Source: Coleofasciculus chthonoplastes F2-STO-03 (lineage in GTDB: Bacteria; Cyanobacteriota; Cyanobacteriia; Cyanobacteriales; Coleofasciculaceae). From it: a DNA stretch of 36,196 nucleotides. Of this stretch, positions 1 through 9,004 are shown piece by piece. Within the stretch, counting starts at the first letter, position 1, and each line of letters begins with the position of its first letter. Location: positions 1-36,196 of the forward strand of contig JAVJWO010000215.1 of assembly GCA_040222015.1 (NCBI GenBank), in the 5' to 3' direction. The notes under the pieces were generated by a model. The model worked only from the letters and a program-made list of their open reading frames with translations, did not search any database and had not been told where the DNA came from. The position numbers and the translations under genes are program-made.

Positions 1-349
1 CTAAGGTATATCGAGATTTTAAGGTGGCAATGAACTGATTTTTGAAAGATTCAGTATAATCGGAAAATATCCAATCGGAGAAAGAACGAGTTTTGTAATG
101 ATCAACTTTTTGCTGAAACTGCTTTAACCAATCCGCACAGTTAAAGAGTTCAGTTTCAAATTCGATAAAAAAGTCACTGTCGCAGTCATACAACGACCGG
201 AGCATGACCCACCGCCGAGCGCCACAGACTAAAAGATTGAGGCAATTCTTGGATTGGGTTGGAGTCGATGGATGAGTAGAAACTTGCAACAGTTCTGGTA
301 CAAGTGTTTCTAAGCAGTGGACGGTGGGGAAAAATTCTTCAGCAGACAT
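1..349 (-). CDS. N-terminal part of a TIGR03985-like cyanobacterial CRISPR-associated protein (runs off the window)
   Basis: My translation from ATG at 349 is open to the window edge: MSAEEFFPTVHCLETLVPELL...GARRWVMLRSLYD...; the RxWvxLRSLY motif and position beside a cas locus resemble TIGR03985 proteins. Not in the supplied ORF track. Confidence 0.55.
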   Translation of the reverse strand, partial: MSAEEFFPTVHCLETLVPELLQVSTHPSTPTQSKNCLNLLVCGARRWVMLRSLYDCDSDFFIEFETELFNCADWLKQFQQKVDHYKTRSFSDWIFSDYTESFKNQFIATLKSRYTL

Positions 350-395
350 GGGGGGATTTGACTAACTATCAGTTTTTGATTATAGCCACCGGAAA

Positions 396-458
396 AGGGC
401 GGGTTTAGTTAAGTTATCAGTTTGGGGTTCTCATGTTATCTGTAAAACCCGCCCCTAC
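396..458. repeat. REP-like palindromic element (GGGCGGGTTT...AAACCCGCCCCTAC family)
   Basis: Inverted arms visible; same family at about 1461-1522, 19088-19167, 27277-27334 and 29835-29908. Confidence 0.8.
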
Positions 459-1039
459 AATTCTAATCCACCAATTAAGGTGTGCTACGCCAGTAGCCAG
501 TAGGGTGGGTTAGGCGGTATTAAATTTAGGAGATGAGCCATTCAATAATAAATCCGCCGTAACCTACCAAGTTATCATTGATTCCAGATGAAAATGTAGT
601 TGGGTCAGATGTTCGTTGAAGGAGCGCCATCCGATTGGGTGGTGAAGGATGATATAAATGGCGATAATTGTCACGTATTTAGGGGCTGCTGAATAAGTCT
701 TGCGGTGGGGAGAGCGAAGCGTAACGCACCTTATACCAAGTTGCGTTTTATCATGTTATTGGAAAGCAAAGCGAAGAATCTGGACAGATGCTTCGTTTCG
801 TTCCTCCGCTTCGCTCCGGACTCCACGAACCATGACAAATTCTACCTTGTCTGACTTACGCAAAGGCTCTATGTGTAGGGTGTGTTAGCGAAGCGTAACG
901 CACCTTAATTAGTATAGCCTGACTGTTGCCTGTTGCCTGTTGCCTGTTGCCTTTGAGTTGTAGGTTGGGTTGACGATAGAAAACATTGAGTATGAGGGGA
1001 GAAAGAGGGGAGCAACCCCTCATACTTCCCGATTCAGTT

Positions 1040-1804
1040 TTAATAGGAACAGAGCCGATCAATTAAGAATTGGGGGAGTTCTTCAAAGTGATCTAACAAA
1101 AAATCTACGATGGTTAACTGGCGCAAGTCAACGGGTTGAGGAGGGCGATAGTCTTGACCTCGGTTGAACCAACATTGAACGGTTCCCAGGGAACGGAAAC
1201 AGATGTGAGACATTTGCTCATACGTGACACCCCATTTGGCATAAAACAGCCTGGGTGTCATCCTTAGTTTGCAGTAACAATAAAGGTCAATAATGTATTC
1301 TTCTCGCTGGGTAATCGGGCGGGGATTGTGGGGTCTTTTTGGATTATAGCGTCCGGTTGGGCTATGCACTGATAGTGGCTTGATTCCCTGATCAGAATCG
1401 GTGGGATAACAGTATAGGTTCTCCTCATCTTCACGGGGAGAATGGTTGAGGTTTAAGTGTGTAGGGGCGGGTTTAGGCACAAACAGGAATTGTTTTACCC
1501 AACTGGGTGGCAAAACCCGCCCGTCTTCTTGGGTTATGTCCTCCATTTCTTCACTGTGACGCAGAGTATTTAAGGCTCCAGCAATGAGTTTACCATTCAG
1601 GCTTTCGGTCAACTGCTGGATAAATAACGCCGCGATCGCATGAACTTCCGCATCCGTCAGGTGCATTTGGGCTGCATCGAAGTCAATGTCGCTGTAGTGC
1701 TTGAGCAACGAGAGGAGTTGGGTTATGCCTAATTCCTCTAAGTTTTGCTGGATAGGGGGTTCAGCCGTATTGCTGGTGTCGAAGTTAGGGGAGAGGTGTG
1801 TCAT
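1040..1804 (-). CDS. Helix-turn-helix domain protein (putative regulator), divergent from csx3
   Basis: 254 aa ORF; C-terminal MTPRLFYAKWGVTYEQMSHICFRSLGTVQCWF is an HTH-like pattern typical of cyanobacterial CRISPR-adjacent proteins. Confidence 0.65.
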   Translation of the reverse strand: MTHLSPNFDTSNTAEPPIQQNLEELGITQLLSLLKHYSDIDFDAAQMHLTDAEVHAIAALFIQQLTESLNGKLIAGALNTLRHSEEMEDITQEDGRVLPPSWVKQFLFVPKPAPTHLNLNHSPREDEENLYCYPTDSDQGIKPLSVHSPTGRYNPKRPHNPRPITQREEYIIDLYCYCKLRMTPRLFYAKWGVTYEQMSHICFRSLGTVQCWFNRGQDYRPPQPVDLRQLTIVDFLLDHFEELPQFLIDRLCSY

Positions 1805-2019
1805 ATTGTTTTCTCCTTTGATATTTTACCTTTAAGTTACTTGTTGTTATGTTATAACATTTTAGGTAAAATAAAAACCCCCTTTTTGTGGAGGTTGGAA
1901 GACCCCTTTTCTTACTGCCTGCCATAGTGGAGACGTTGCATCCAAAGTCTCTACTCGAAAAGGAAGGTCAACTCATGTCAGGCTTAGTAGTCACACCGAT
2001 TAATCAGGAAAACCGAATC

Positions 2020-3312
2020 ATGGCTTATTCAATACACCTTGAAGGCGATACTCTGAAAGTGGATTTTGCCAAAACCGATGAAGGGAAGCCGATTCCGGCT
2101 GCTGGCGATGTTATTGTGCAAGATGTGCAGACTCGTGTCAGCCAAATGATTGCTTCTGGAGAACTTTCTGGGGGGAATCTGCTCAAGATTGATGGGCGGA
2201 TTTCAGTGGGGGCGAGTTATACTCTGGCTCATGAGGTGGCGCACCTGTATCGGGTGATTGCAGTGGCAGATACACGGTTGGGGGGGTATGTGGTGGTGAG
2301 TAGTACCACGGCTGAGTATCCACTCTGGAGTCGGATTGATTTTCGCACGGGTGCAGTGACGGAGGGGAAGATGTTGGCTGATTTATCGACACCTTCATTT
2401 TTGATCCGTCGCCAAGGGGATGTTTTGAGCGTGCAAATCAATAATGCGGTGCAAGTAGATGGTGATCAAATTGTCCGCGATGCTAAAGCGCAGTTACACT
2501 CGTTAATCAATTCGGGGCAATTGCCGGGAGGGAAACTGCTCAAAATCCATGGGCGTTCAACAGTGTTAGCCTCTTTTGTCCTAGCACTGGAACTGGCTCA
2601 TCGCTATAGTGCGATCGCAGTCTTTGATCCGAAAATAGGCGATCGCGGTTTAGACCGTTATATTATCACGATTAGTCATACTCCAGATTACCAGGTAGGA
2701 GACAGGATTGATATCGAGCGTGACCCCTGTCAGACGGTGAAAGTGGTGCTGTGCGGCGCTCCCAATACGGGAAAAACGGTTTTTCGGGATGGGTTGAAAG
2801 AGGCAATTCTGGAGCGAGATGATGTTCCCCAGGATTTTTACACGATTTCCGGTTGTCCAGATGGGGATGGTTCCTGGTTTACACCAACAGCACAGAAGTA
2901 CCCAGAGTTAGCGGCAGAATTAAAAGCCGAGTATAAGGCGAAGTTTACACCCGAATTTGCCCAGGACAAAGCGCGAACGGTTGACGTGATTAAAAACTCG
3001 TTATTACTGTTTGATGTGGGGGGCAAGATAAGTGCAGAAAATGAGTTAATTATGGCTAAAGCTACCCATGCCGTGATTTTAGCCAAGTCGGAATCCGAGG
3101 TAGTGGATTGGCAAGCGTTTTGTCGAAAGCTGAACTTGAGTGTGATTGCGATTATTTATAGCGATATTAATGCCACAACCGATGAGATTGAAACGAAATC
3201 CCCCCAGTTAAAGGGAACAGTTCACCGACTGATTCGGGGTGAATTGGTGAAAACTCGTCCCGTGATTCAAGAGTTAGCACAGCAGTTAGTTGAGTTAGCC
3301 AGCTTGTCGTAA
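2020..3312 (+). CDS. csx3: Tandem Csx3 (Crn3 ring nuclease) domains fused to a P-loop NTPase
   Basis: Two repeats of L(K)I(D/H)GR...AH-x8-D(T/P)(R/K)(L/I)G, then Walker A GAPNTGKT, CPDGDGSW and DVGGK. Start placed at MAYSIH (ATG 2020) by judgement; the ORF is open from 1888. Confidence 0.8.
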   Translation: MAYSIHLEGDTLKVDFAKTDEGKPIPAAGDVIVQDVQTRVSQMIASGELSGGNLLKIDGRISVGASYTLAHEVAHLYRVIAVADTRLGGYVVVSSTTAEYPLWSRIDFRTGAVTEGKMLADLSTPSFLIRRQGDVLSVQINNAVQVDGDQIVRDAKAQLHSLINSGQLPGGKLLKIHGRSTVLASFVLALELAHRYSAIAVFDPKIGDRGLDRYIITISHTPDYQVGDRIDIERDPCQTVKVVLCGAPNTGKTVFRDGLKEAILERDDVPQDFYTISGCPDGDGSWFTPTAQKYPELAAELKAEYKAKFTPEFAQDKARTVDVIKNSLLLFDVGGKISAENELIMAKATHAVILAKSESEVVDWQAFCRKLNLSVIAIIYSDINATTDEIETKSPQLKGTVHRLIRGELVKTRPVIQELAQQLVELASLS

Positions 3313-3324
3313 GGGTAGGGGCGC

Positions 3325-3400
3325 ATGGCGTGCGCCCGATTCAATGACGTGCGCCTGATTCAATGGCGTGCGCCCGATTCAATGGCGTGCGCCCGATTCA
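3325..3400 (+). repeat. Four tandem copies of a 19-mer (ATGGCGTGCGCCCGATTCA) derived from a REP arm
   Basis: Direct read; copy 2 has two substitutions. Confidence 0.85.
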
Positions 3401-3603
3401 ATCCCAAGGAAGGCAACAAGCAACAGAAAATCCAGCGGTAGTGTCGTGACCCAGCTAAAATTGTGCAACAGATTTTACTGTTAGAATGGGCGCACGCCGT
3501 GCGCCCCTACAATTCTAATCCACCATTTTAGGTGGGTCATGCCAGTAGGGTGTGTTAGCGAAGCGTAACGCACCTTTGCCCCCCGTCAGAAGGCAAAAGC
3601 TTA

Positions 3604-3703
3604 AGCTGTCATGCATTTAAATTGCGTATTAGTAGCGAGCTTTCCGGCTCGCACTACAAGGATTTCGTCATTGTTGACATTAAGGTTTGAATGCCGAACA
3701 GCT
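3604..3703 (+). mobile_element. TA-flanked MITE (AGCTGTCATGCATTTAAA...TTTGAATGCCGAACAGCT)
   Basis: Imperfect terminal inverted repeats, TA on both sides; inverted sibling at 8181-8304. Confidence 0.7.
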
Positions 3704-4024
3704 TACTGGACTAACATCGCTAAAATTGTGGGATTGATTTGACAGTTTGTTGGGCGCAAGTCGGTTGGGCGCACGGGGCGTGCGCCCCTACGGTTTTAAT
3801 CCACCAATTAAGGTGTGCCACGCCAGTAGTGCGAGCATCTTGCTCGCTACCCCTTCCCCATTTATAGCCTTACCAAGACAGGTTATTACCAAGGCAGGTT
3901 AGGACATTTTCTACTGTTCCCCGTTCCCCGTTCCCCGTTCCCCGTTCCCCGTTGGGATTAACTGATGTCCTAACGTGTTTGCGTAGTGCTATAAATGCTT
4001 GACAGTTTACCCCCTTCATAAACG

Positions 4025-6301
4025 ATGATGAACAGAATTTCCCACCCCGATTACTCAACAACTCTGATTGATGAATTCCTCAGTTTAAACAATTTCCAAC
4101 ACGCCTGGGAAAAGGTCGCAGAAAAACGCGGTTGTGCTGGGGTAGATGGAGAGACGATTAATCGGTTTGCTGAGAATCAAACCGTTAATATTTATCAACT
4201 GCGGCAAGCTGTTGCCCAGGGAAGTTATGAACCGTTTCCTTGTAAGCAGGTGGTTATTCCCAAACGAAATGGCAAGCAACGGGAGTTAAAAATTCCTACA
4301 GTGAGGGATAGAATTGTCCAGCAGGCGTTATTAAATATCCTCTGTCCGTTGATGGAGCAGACGTTTTCCACTGCCAGTTTTGCTTATCGTCCCAATTTAT
4401 CTTATCTCAATGCCGTAGAAACTGTTGCCCAGTGGCGAGATCAGGGGTATCAGTGGGTGTTGGATGCGGATATTGTTAAGTTTTTTGATACTATTGACCA
4501 TCAGCGGTTATTACAACAGGTTCGGTTCCATATTAATCATTCCGGGATTTTATGTTTAATCAAATCTTGGCTATCAGCCGGGGTGTTAACGGAAGCTGGG
4601 GTGATGGTGTCCCAAAAAGGGATTCCCCAAGGGGCGGTAATTTCGCCAATTTTGGCAAATGTTTATTTGCATGAGTTTGATGAATGGGTCACGGCAACGG
4701 ATTTAAGGTTGGTGCGATATGCTGATGATTTTCTGGTTTTGGCTCAGACTCAAGCGCGGATTTTAGAGGCGAAGTTAGAAGTCATTAATCTGTTGGAGCC
4801 AATGGGATTAAGGCTGCATCCTGAGAAAACTCAAGTGACGAATTTTGAGCGTGGGTTTCGGTTTTTGGGGCATGGGTTTTTAGGGAATGCGATTTTTCCG
4901 GTTGATGCGAATGATGTTAGTTTGAGGTCGGCTTTAAGGAAAATTAAGGGAATAATTGTTGAGAAAACAAACGGGAAGCATAACCGTAAAAAAAAAGAAG
5001 AAAATCCTAACGCTGTGACCTCTATCCTAACCCCTATCCTGCAAGAAACTAACGTTTTAGGGAATGTGGAGAACCTCTCTTCTACGAGGAGAGAGGCTTT
5101 GAATTCTCCTCCTTCCGTGCAAAGAGAAACGAAAAGAGTAGGAAAGGGGGCTGGGAGGTTAGGTCAAGACAATGATGGGAATGTGAGCAATATTGGCACA
5201 TTACATCAACCGTTTCTGGCAGAGATAGAGACAGAATTAACTCAGCAAAGTGAAGCGGATAACTCTGTTGTTCAAAAAAATAATTGGCATCGAGAAATGG
5301 CAGCAATTTATCTGATAGAACAAGGTACGACAATTTATAAGGAATACCAACGGTTTATTATTTATGTATCTGAGAAGCCGAAACTGGAAGTACCGATTCG
5401 AGAAGTACAGCAAATTCTGGTGTTTGGGAATATACAATTATCAACGCCAGTGATGCAAGTTTGTTTGCGAGAACAAATAGCGGTGGTGTTTCTGAGTCAA
5501 AGTGGTCGCTATCATGGTCATTTATGGAGTGCTGAATTTCGGGATTTAGATCAGGAGTTGGTTCAAGTTAGACGGTGGGGTGATGAGGGGTTTCAATTTC
5601 AGGTGTCTCAGGCAATTGTTTATGGCAAGTTGATGAATTCTAAGCAGCTTTTGTTGCGATTTAACCGGAAGCGCAAACTCCCGGATGTGGAACGGGTGAT
5701 TATCGGGATTAATCAAGATATTGAGGCGTTGAAGTTTAGTGAGAGTTTGGATACGTTGCGGGGTTATGAGGGAATCGGGGCGGCAAGGTATTTTCCGGCG
5801 TTGGGTCAGTTGATTACGAATTCTAAGTTTGAGTTTTCTTTGCGGAATCGTCAACCGCCGACTGACCCAGTGAATTCGTTGTTGAGTTTTGGGTATACGC
5901 TTTTGTTTAATAATGTTTTAGGGTTTATTATTGTTGAAGGGCTTTCCCCTTATTTGGGAAATTTTCATTATGGGGAACGGCAGAAACCCTATTTGGCGTT
6001 TGATTTGATGGAGGAGATGAGGTCGGTTGTTGTCGATAGCTTGGTTGTAAAAATTATTAATAATTCGGTCTTCAAGCCCCAGGATTTTGACATTGTTCCC
6101 AGTACGGGAGGGGTTTATCTAAATCAATCAGCAAGGCGAGTATTTCTCAAACAATTTGAAACTCGCATGAATGAGGAAGTTTCTCATCCAGATGTGCAGT
6201 CAAAAGTTACTTATCGTCAGGCGATTCAATTACAAGTCAGACGATATAAACAGAGTTTATTGTCTGGGGTTCCCTATGAAGCTTTTTTAAGAGCGATGTA
6301 A
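4025..6301 (+). CDS. cas1: Reverse transcriptase-Cas1 fusion
   Basis: Group II intron-like RT motifs (AGVDG, IPTVRDRIVQ, GIPQGAVISP, YADD, FLGH) followed by Cas1 motifs (LRGYEG, NSLLSFGY, FH, AFDLMEE). Confidence 0.95.
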   Translation: MMNRISHPDYSTTLIDEFLSLNNFQHAWEKVAEKRGCAGVDGETINRFAENQTVNIYQLRQAVAQGSYEPFPCKQVVIPKRNGKQRELKIPTVRDRIVQQALLNILCPLMEQTFSTASFAYRPNLSYLNAVETVAQWRDQGYQWVLDADIVKFFDTIDHQRLLQQVRFHINHSGILCLIKSWLSAGVLTEAGVMVSQKGIPQGAVISPILANVYLHEFDEWVTATDLRLVRYADDFLVLAQTQARILEAKLEVINLLEPMGLRLHPEKTQVTNFERGFRFLGHGFLGNAIFPVDANDVSLRSALRKIKGIIVEKTNGKHNRKKKEENPNAVTSILTPILQETNVLGNVENLSSTRREALNSPPSVQRETKRVGKGAGRLGQDNDGNVSNIGTLHQPFLAEIETELTQQSEADNSVVQKNNWHREMAAIYLIEQGTTIYKEYQRFIIYVSEKPKLEVPIREVQQILVFGNIQLSTPVMQVCLREQIAVVFLSQSGRYHGHLWSAEFRDLDQELVQVRRWGDEGFQFQVSQAIVYGKLMNSKQLLLRFNRKRKLPDVERVIIGINQDIEALKFSESLDTLRGYEGIGAARYFPALGQLITNSKFEFSLRNRQPPTDPVNSLLSFGYTLLFNNVLGFIIVEGLSPYLGNFHYGERQKPYLAFDLMEEMRSVVVDSLVVKIINNSVFKPQDFDIVPSTGGVYLNQSARRVFLKQFETRMNEEVSHPDVQSKVTYRQAIQLQVRRYKQSLLSGVPYEAFLRAM

Positions 6302-6384
6302 ATGCTGGTGGTTGTCGTGTATGATATTCCTGATGATAACAGGGAGAAGCGCCCCAACCTCCGCCAAAGTATTATGTTATCTAG
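6302..6384 (+). pseudogene. cas2: Internally deleted cas2
   Basis: First 13 codons (MLVVVVYDIPDDN) joined out of frame to the last 13 codons (GEAPQPPPKYYVI*) that match the intact cas2 at 9945-10220; 83 nt versus 276 nt. Confidence 0.9.
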
Positions 6385-6591
6385 GTTTGAGGGGAATTTT
6401 CAGTTCTTCATCTACACACCTCGGCAAATAGCTGAAACCCTATATTTTTCGTTGAGGTGTGTCGATGGCTTACAGGGACAGGGTTTGAGGTATGTGTTGG
6501 AGTCAATTTTGGGCAGGATGTGTTAGACTTTTTGGAGGTGTGTCGATTCGGCGGCTGAAACCCTTACGGGGTAAGGGCTGCTAGACGAACT
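6385..6591 (+). promoter_or_regulatory. CRISPR leader 1
   Basis: 207 nt, homologous to the regions before the other three arrays; ends in AGACGAACT. Confidence 0.85.
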
Positions 6592-8069
6592 CCCTACCGA
6601 TTGGGTCAAATCGGATTAGTTGGAAATAAGAGAGTCTAGACGAGGGTGAAGCTGAATCCACTCTCCCCTACCGATTGGGTCAAATCGGATTAGTTGGAAA
6701 TTTGTTGCCGGTGAGCTTCTGCTGACCGTTTAGACCCTACCGATTGGGTCAAATCGGATTAGTTGGAAACCTTAAGAGATTGGCGGTGCTGTAGTAACCT
6801 ATGCCCTACCGATTGGGTCAAATCGGATTAGTTGGAAACAAAAGGATGGCATAGACGGTGCGATAGGCACCGCCGGCCCTACCGATTGGGTCAAATCGGA
6901 TTAGTTGGAAACCCTGGGTTCCCTGATCCCGTCCTCGAATAGTGAGGACCCCCTACCGATTGGGTCAAATCGGATTAGTTGGAAACCAAATTATGTAAGT
7001 GATCAAAACGACATTGTGGGCAGCCCTACCGATTGGGTCAAATCGGATTAGTTGGAAACGTCCCAAATGGGACTGTGAGATTTGTGACCACCCCTACCGA
7101 TTGGGTCAAATCGGATTAGTTGGAAACTTAAAAAGAGACTCGTCTAGCCGAGGGTGAAGCTGACCCTACCGATTGGGTCAAATCGGATTAGTTGGAAACG
7201 AGATGGACTGTTTCTTGTCACCAACGAAGATACCCTACCGATTGGGTCAAATCGGATTAGTTGGAAACATTACCCTTTATCCCCCGTTCTATAATGGTAC
7301 GACCCTACCGATTGGGTCAAACCGGATTAGTTGGAAACCTGGGTGGTTGCGGTTGATGATCTCTGAGAAAATACTCCCTACCGATTGGGTCAAATCGGAT
7401 TAGTTGGAAACGGTTAGCTGGATTGGTTTTAAACTACCGGTACCTAACACCCTACCGATTGGGTCAAATCGGATTAGTTGGAAACAAGTCAAGTTATAAA
7501 AAAACTGAGCCGCATTTGCTGAAATCCCTACCGATTGGGTCAAATCGGATTAGTTGGAAACTTTCATTTCGGAAAGTCAGATTACCATCGAGATACAAAC
7601 CCTACCGATTGGGTCAAATCGGATTAGTTGGAAACAAAAAACAGTGCTTGCCAGCTATTCATCAGAAACCCTACCGATTGGGTCAAATCGGATTAGTTGG
7701 AAACAATCAAACAGCACTAAGTTTGATTCTAGATTTGGAAGCCACCCTACCGATTGGGTCAAATCGGATTAGTTGGAAACGTTTACTTGTTTTTGGACTG
7801 TTGGCGTTTAAAGAAAACCCTACCGATTGGGTTAAATCGGATTAGTTGGAAACACGCACACCTTGTAAAATATCTCCCACGTCTGATTTTCCCCTACCGA
7901 TTGGGTTAAATCGGATTAGTTGGAAACAGGACTAGTCTCCTTCATTGAAAAGGCCAGTGAGACCCTACCGATTGGGTTAAATCGGATTAGTTGGAAACAC
8001 CATAATCGAACCAGTCGTCGAAGTAGTTTTTGACCCTACCGATTGGGTTAAATCGGATTAGTTGGAAGG
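6592..8069 (+). CRISPR. CRISPR array 1: 21 repeats, 20 spacers (32-40 nt); repeat CCCTACCGATTGGGTYAAATCGGATTAGTTGGAAAC
   Basis: Counted directly; 36-nt repeat with a CCGATT/AATCGG stem and 3' GAAAC; last repeat degenerate (GGAAGG). Confidence 0.98.
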
Positions 8070-8094
8070 GTGGGTCATCCCACTCTTTTTCTTT
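8068..8094 (+). terminator. Intrinsic terminator after array 1
   Basis: GGGTGGG-TCAT-CCCACTC followed by TTTTTCTTT. Confidence 0.75.
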
Positions 8095-8180
8095 AGCCAT
8101 GCCACATTCACCCAACCCAAATGACAATTAAAGAAAACCCCTTTTCCATCCTGGAGTTAAAAATAGTCAAAAGTTACCTA

Positions 8181-8304
8181 AGCTGTTCGGCATTTAAACC
8201 TTAATGTCAATAATGGTGAAATCCTTGTAGTGCGTTAAGCGAAGCCATGCCGCAGGCTTTGCATCTTGCTCGCTACTAATACCCAATTTAAATGCATGAC
8301 AGCT
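8181..8304 (-). mobile_element. TA-flanked MITE, inverted sibling of 3604-3703
   Basis: Reverse complement matches 3604-3703 apart from a different central insert; TA flanks. Confidence 0.7.
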
Positions 8305-8367
8305 TATGGGAGAATCGGATTTGAGCCCTACAATAGACTCAATGAGAGCTACCCAAAGACAAAATCC

Positions 8368-8922
8368 ATGATTGCTGTCCCACATTACATCAGTCCTAAA
8401 GACTATCTCGACATTGAACACCAAAACCCGATTCGGCATGAATATCGGCGCGGCTTAGTCTATGCTATGGCGGGTGGTACAGATAATCACGATCGCCTTG
8501 CTCTGAACCTCCTAACCCTGATTAACTTACATTTAGGTGACTCAGAATGCCGATTTCACTCCGGTAATGTGAAGGTTAACTACCAGGATGAGTTTTATTA
8601 CTATCCTGATGCGTTTGTCACCTGTGATCCACGCGATCGCGATAACCGCTACATCAAGCGATATCCCAAACTAATTGCTGAAGTCCTCTCACCCAGCACA
8701 CAAGCCTTCGACTTGAGCGAAAAATTTGATGACTATCGACAGATTGAATCTTTAGAGGAATATGTCTTAATTTTTCAAGAAACTCAGCGCGTAGAATGCC
8801 GTCGTCGCACTTGTGCAAATACCTGGGAAACGGTCATCTATGGATCAGGCGATCGCGTTTCACTCAAAAGCATTGACCTGGAATTTGCGATTGCCCAACT
8901 GTATCGCGGTCTTGATGGCTAG
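8368..8922 (+). CDS. Uma2 (DUF820) family endonuclease-fold protein
   Basis: RHEY...MAGG...YYYPD...P.LIAEVLSPST...DLSEKF..Y; start moved to MIAVPH. Confidence 0.9.
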   Translation: MIAVPHYISPKDYLDIEHQNPIRHEYRRGLVYAMAGGTDNHDRLALNLLTLINLHLGDSECRFHSGNVKVNYQDEFYYYPDAFVTCDPRDRDNRYIKRYPKLIAEVLSPSTQAFDLSEKFDDYRQIESLEEYVLIFQETQRVECRRRTCANTWETVIYGSGDRVSLKSIDLEFAIAQLYRGLDG

Positions 8923-9004
8923 GAAAAGTTATTCGCGTTCCCCTTTATCAGTACAATGTTAGTGGTTGTATAATTAAACGGAACATTCTATACACTTCAA
9001 AACA

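Noticed and set aside
630..639. CCGATTGGGT match to the CRISPR repeat (similar near 14294) as a possible anti-repeat or mini-array
   Set aside because: Only 9-10 nt with no flanking similarity; compatible with chance.
3999..4004. TTGACA upstream of RT-cas1 as its promoter
   Set aside because: No good -10 box at canonical spacing before the annotated ATG; cannot be supported without TSS data.
4025..4900. RT as a group II intron, retron or DGR
   Set aside because: It is fused in frame to Cas1; no intron domain V/VI, msr-msd or template/variable repeat pair was seen.
6302..6526. 74-aa ORF starting like Cas2
   Set aside because: Only 13 codons are cas2; the rest is out-of-frame read-through into the leader.
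7173..7845. ORFs within arrays and leaders (also 20906-21939 and 23242-24037)
   Set aside because: They are translations of repeats, spacers and leaders.
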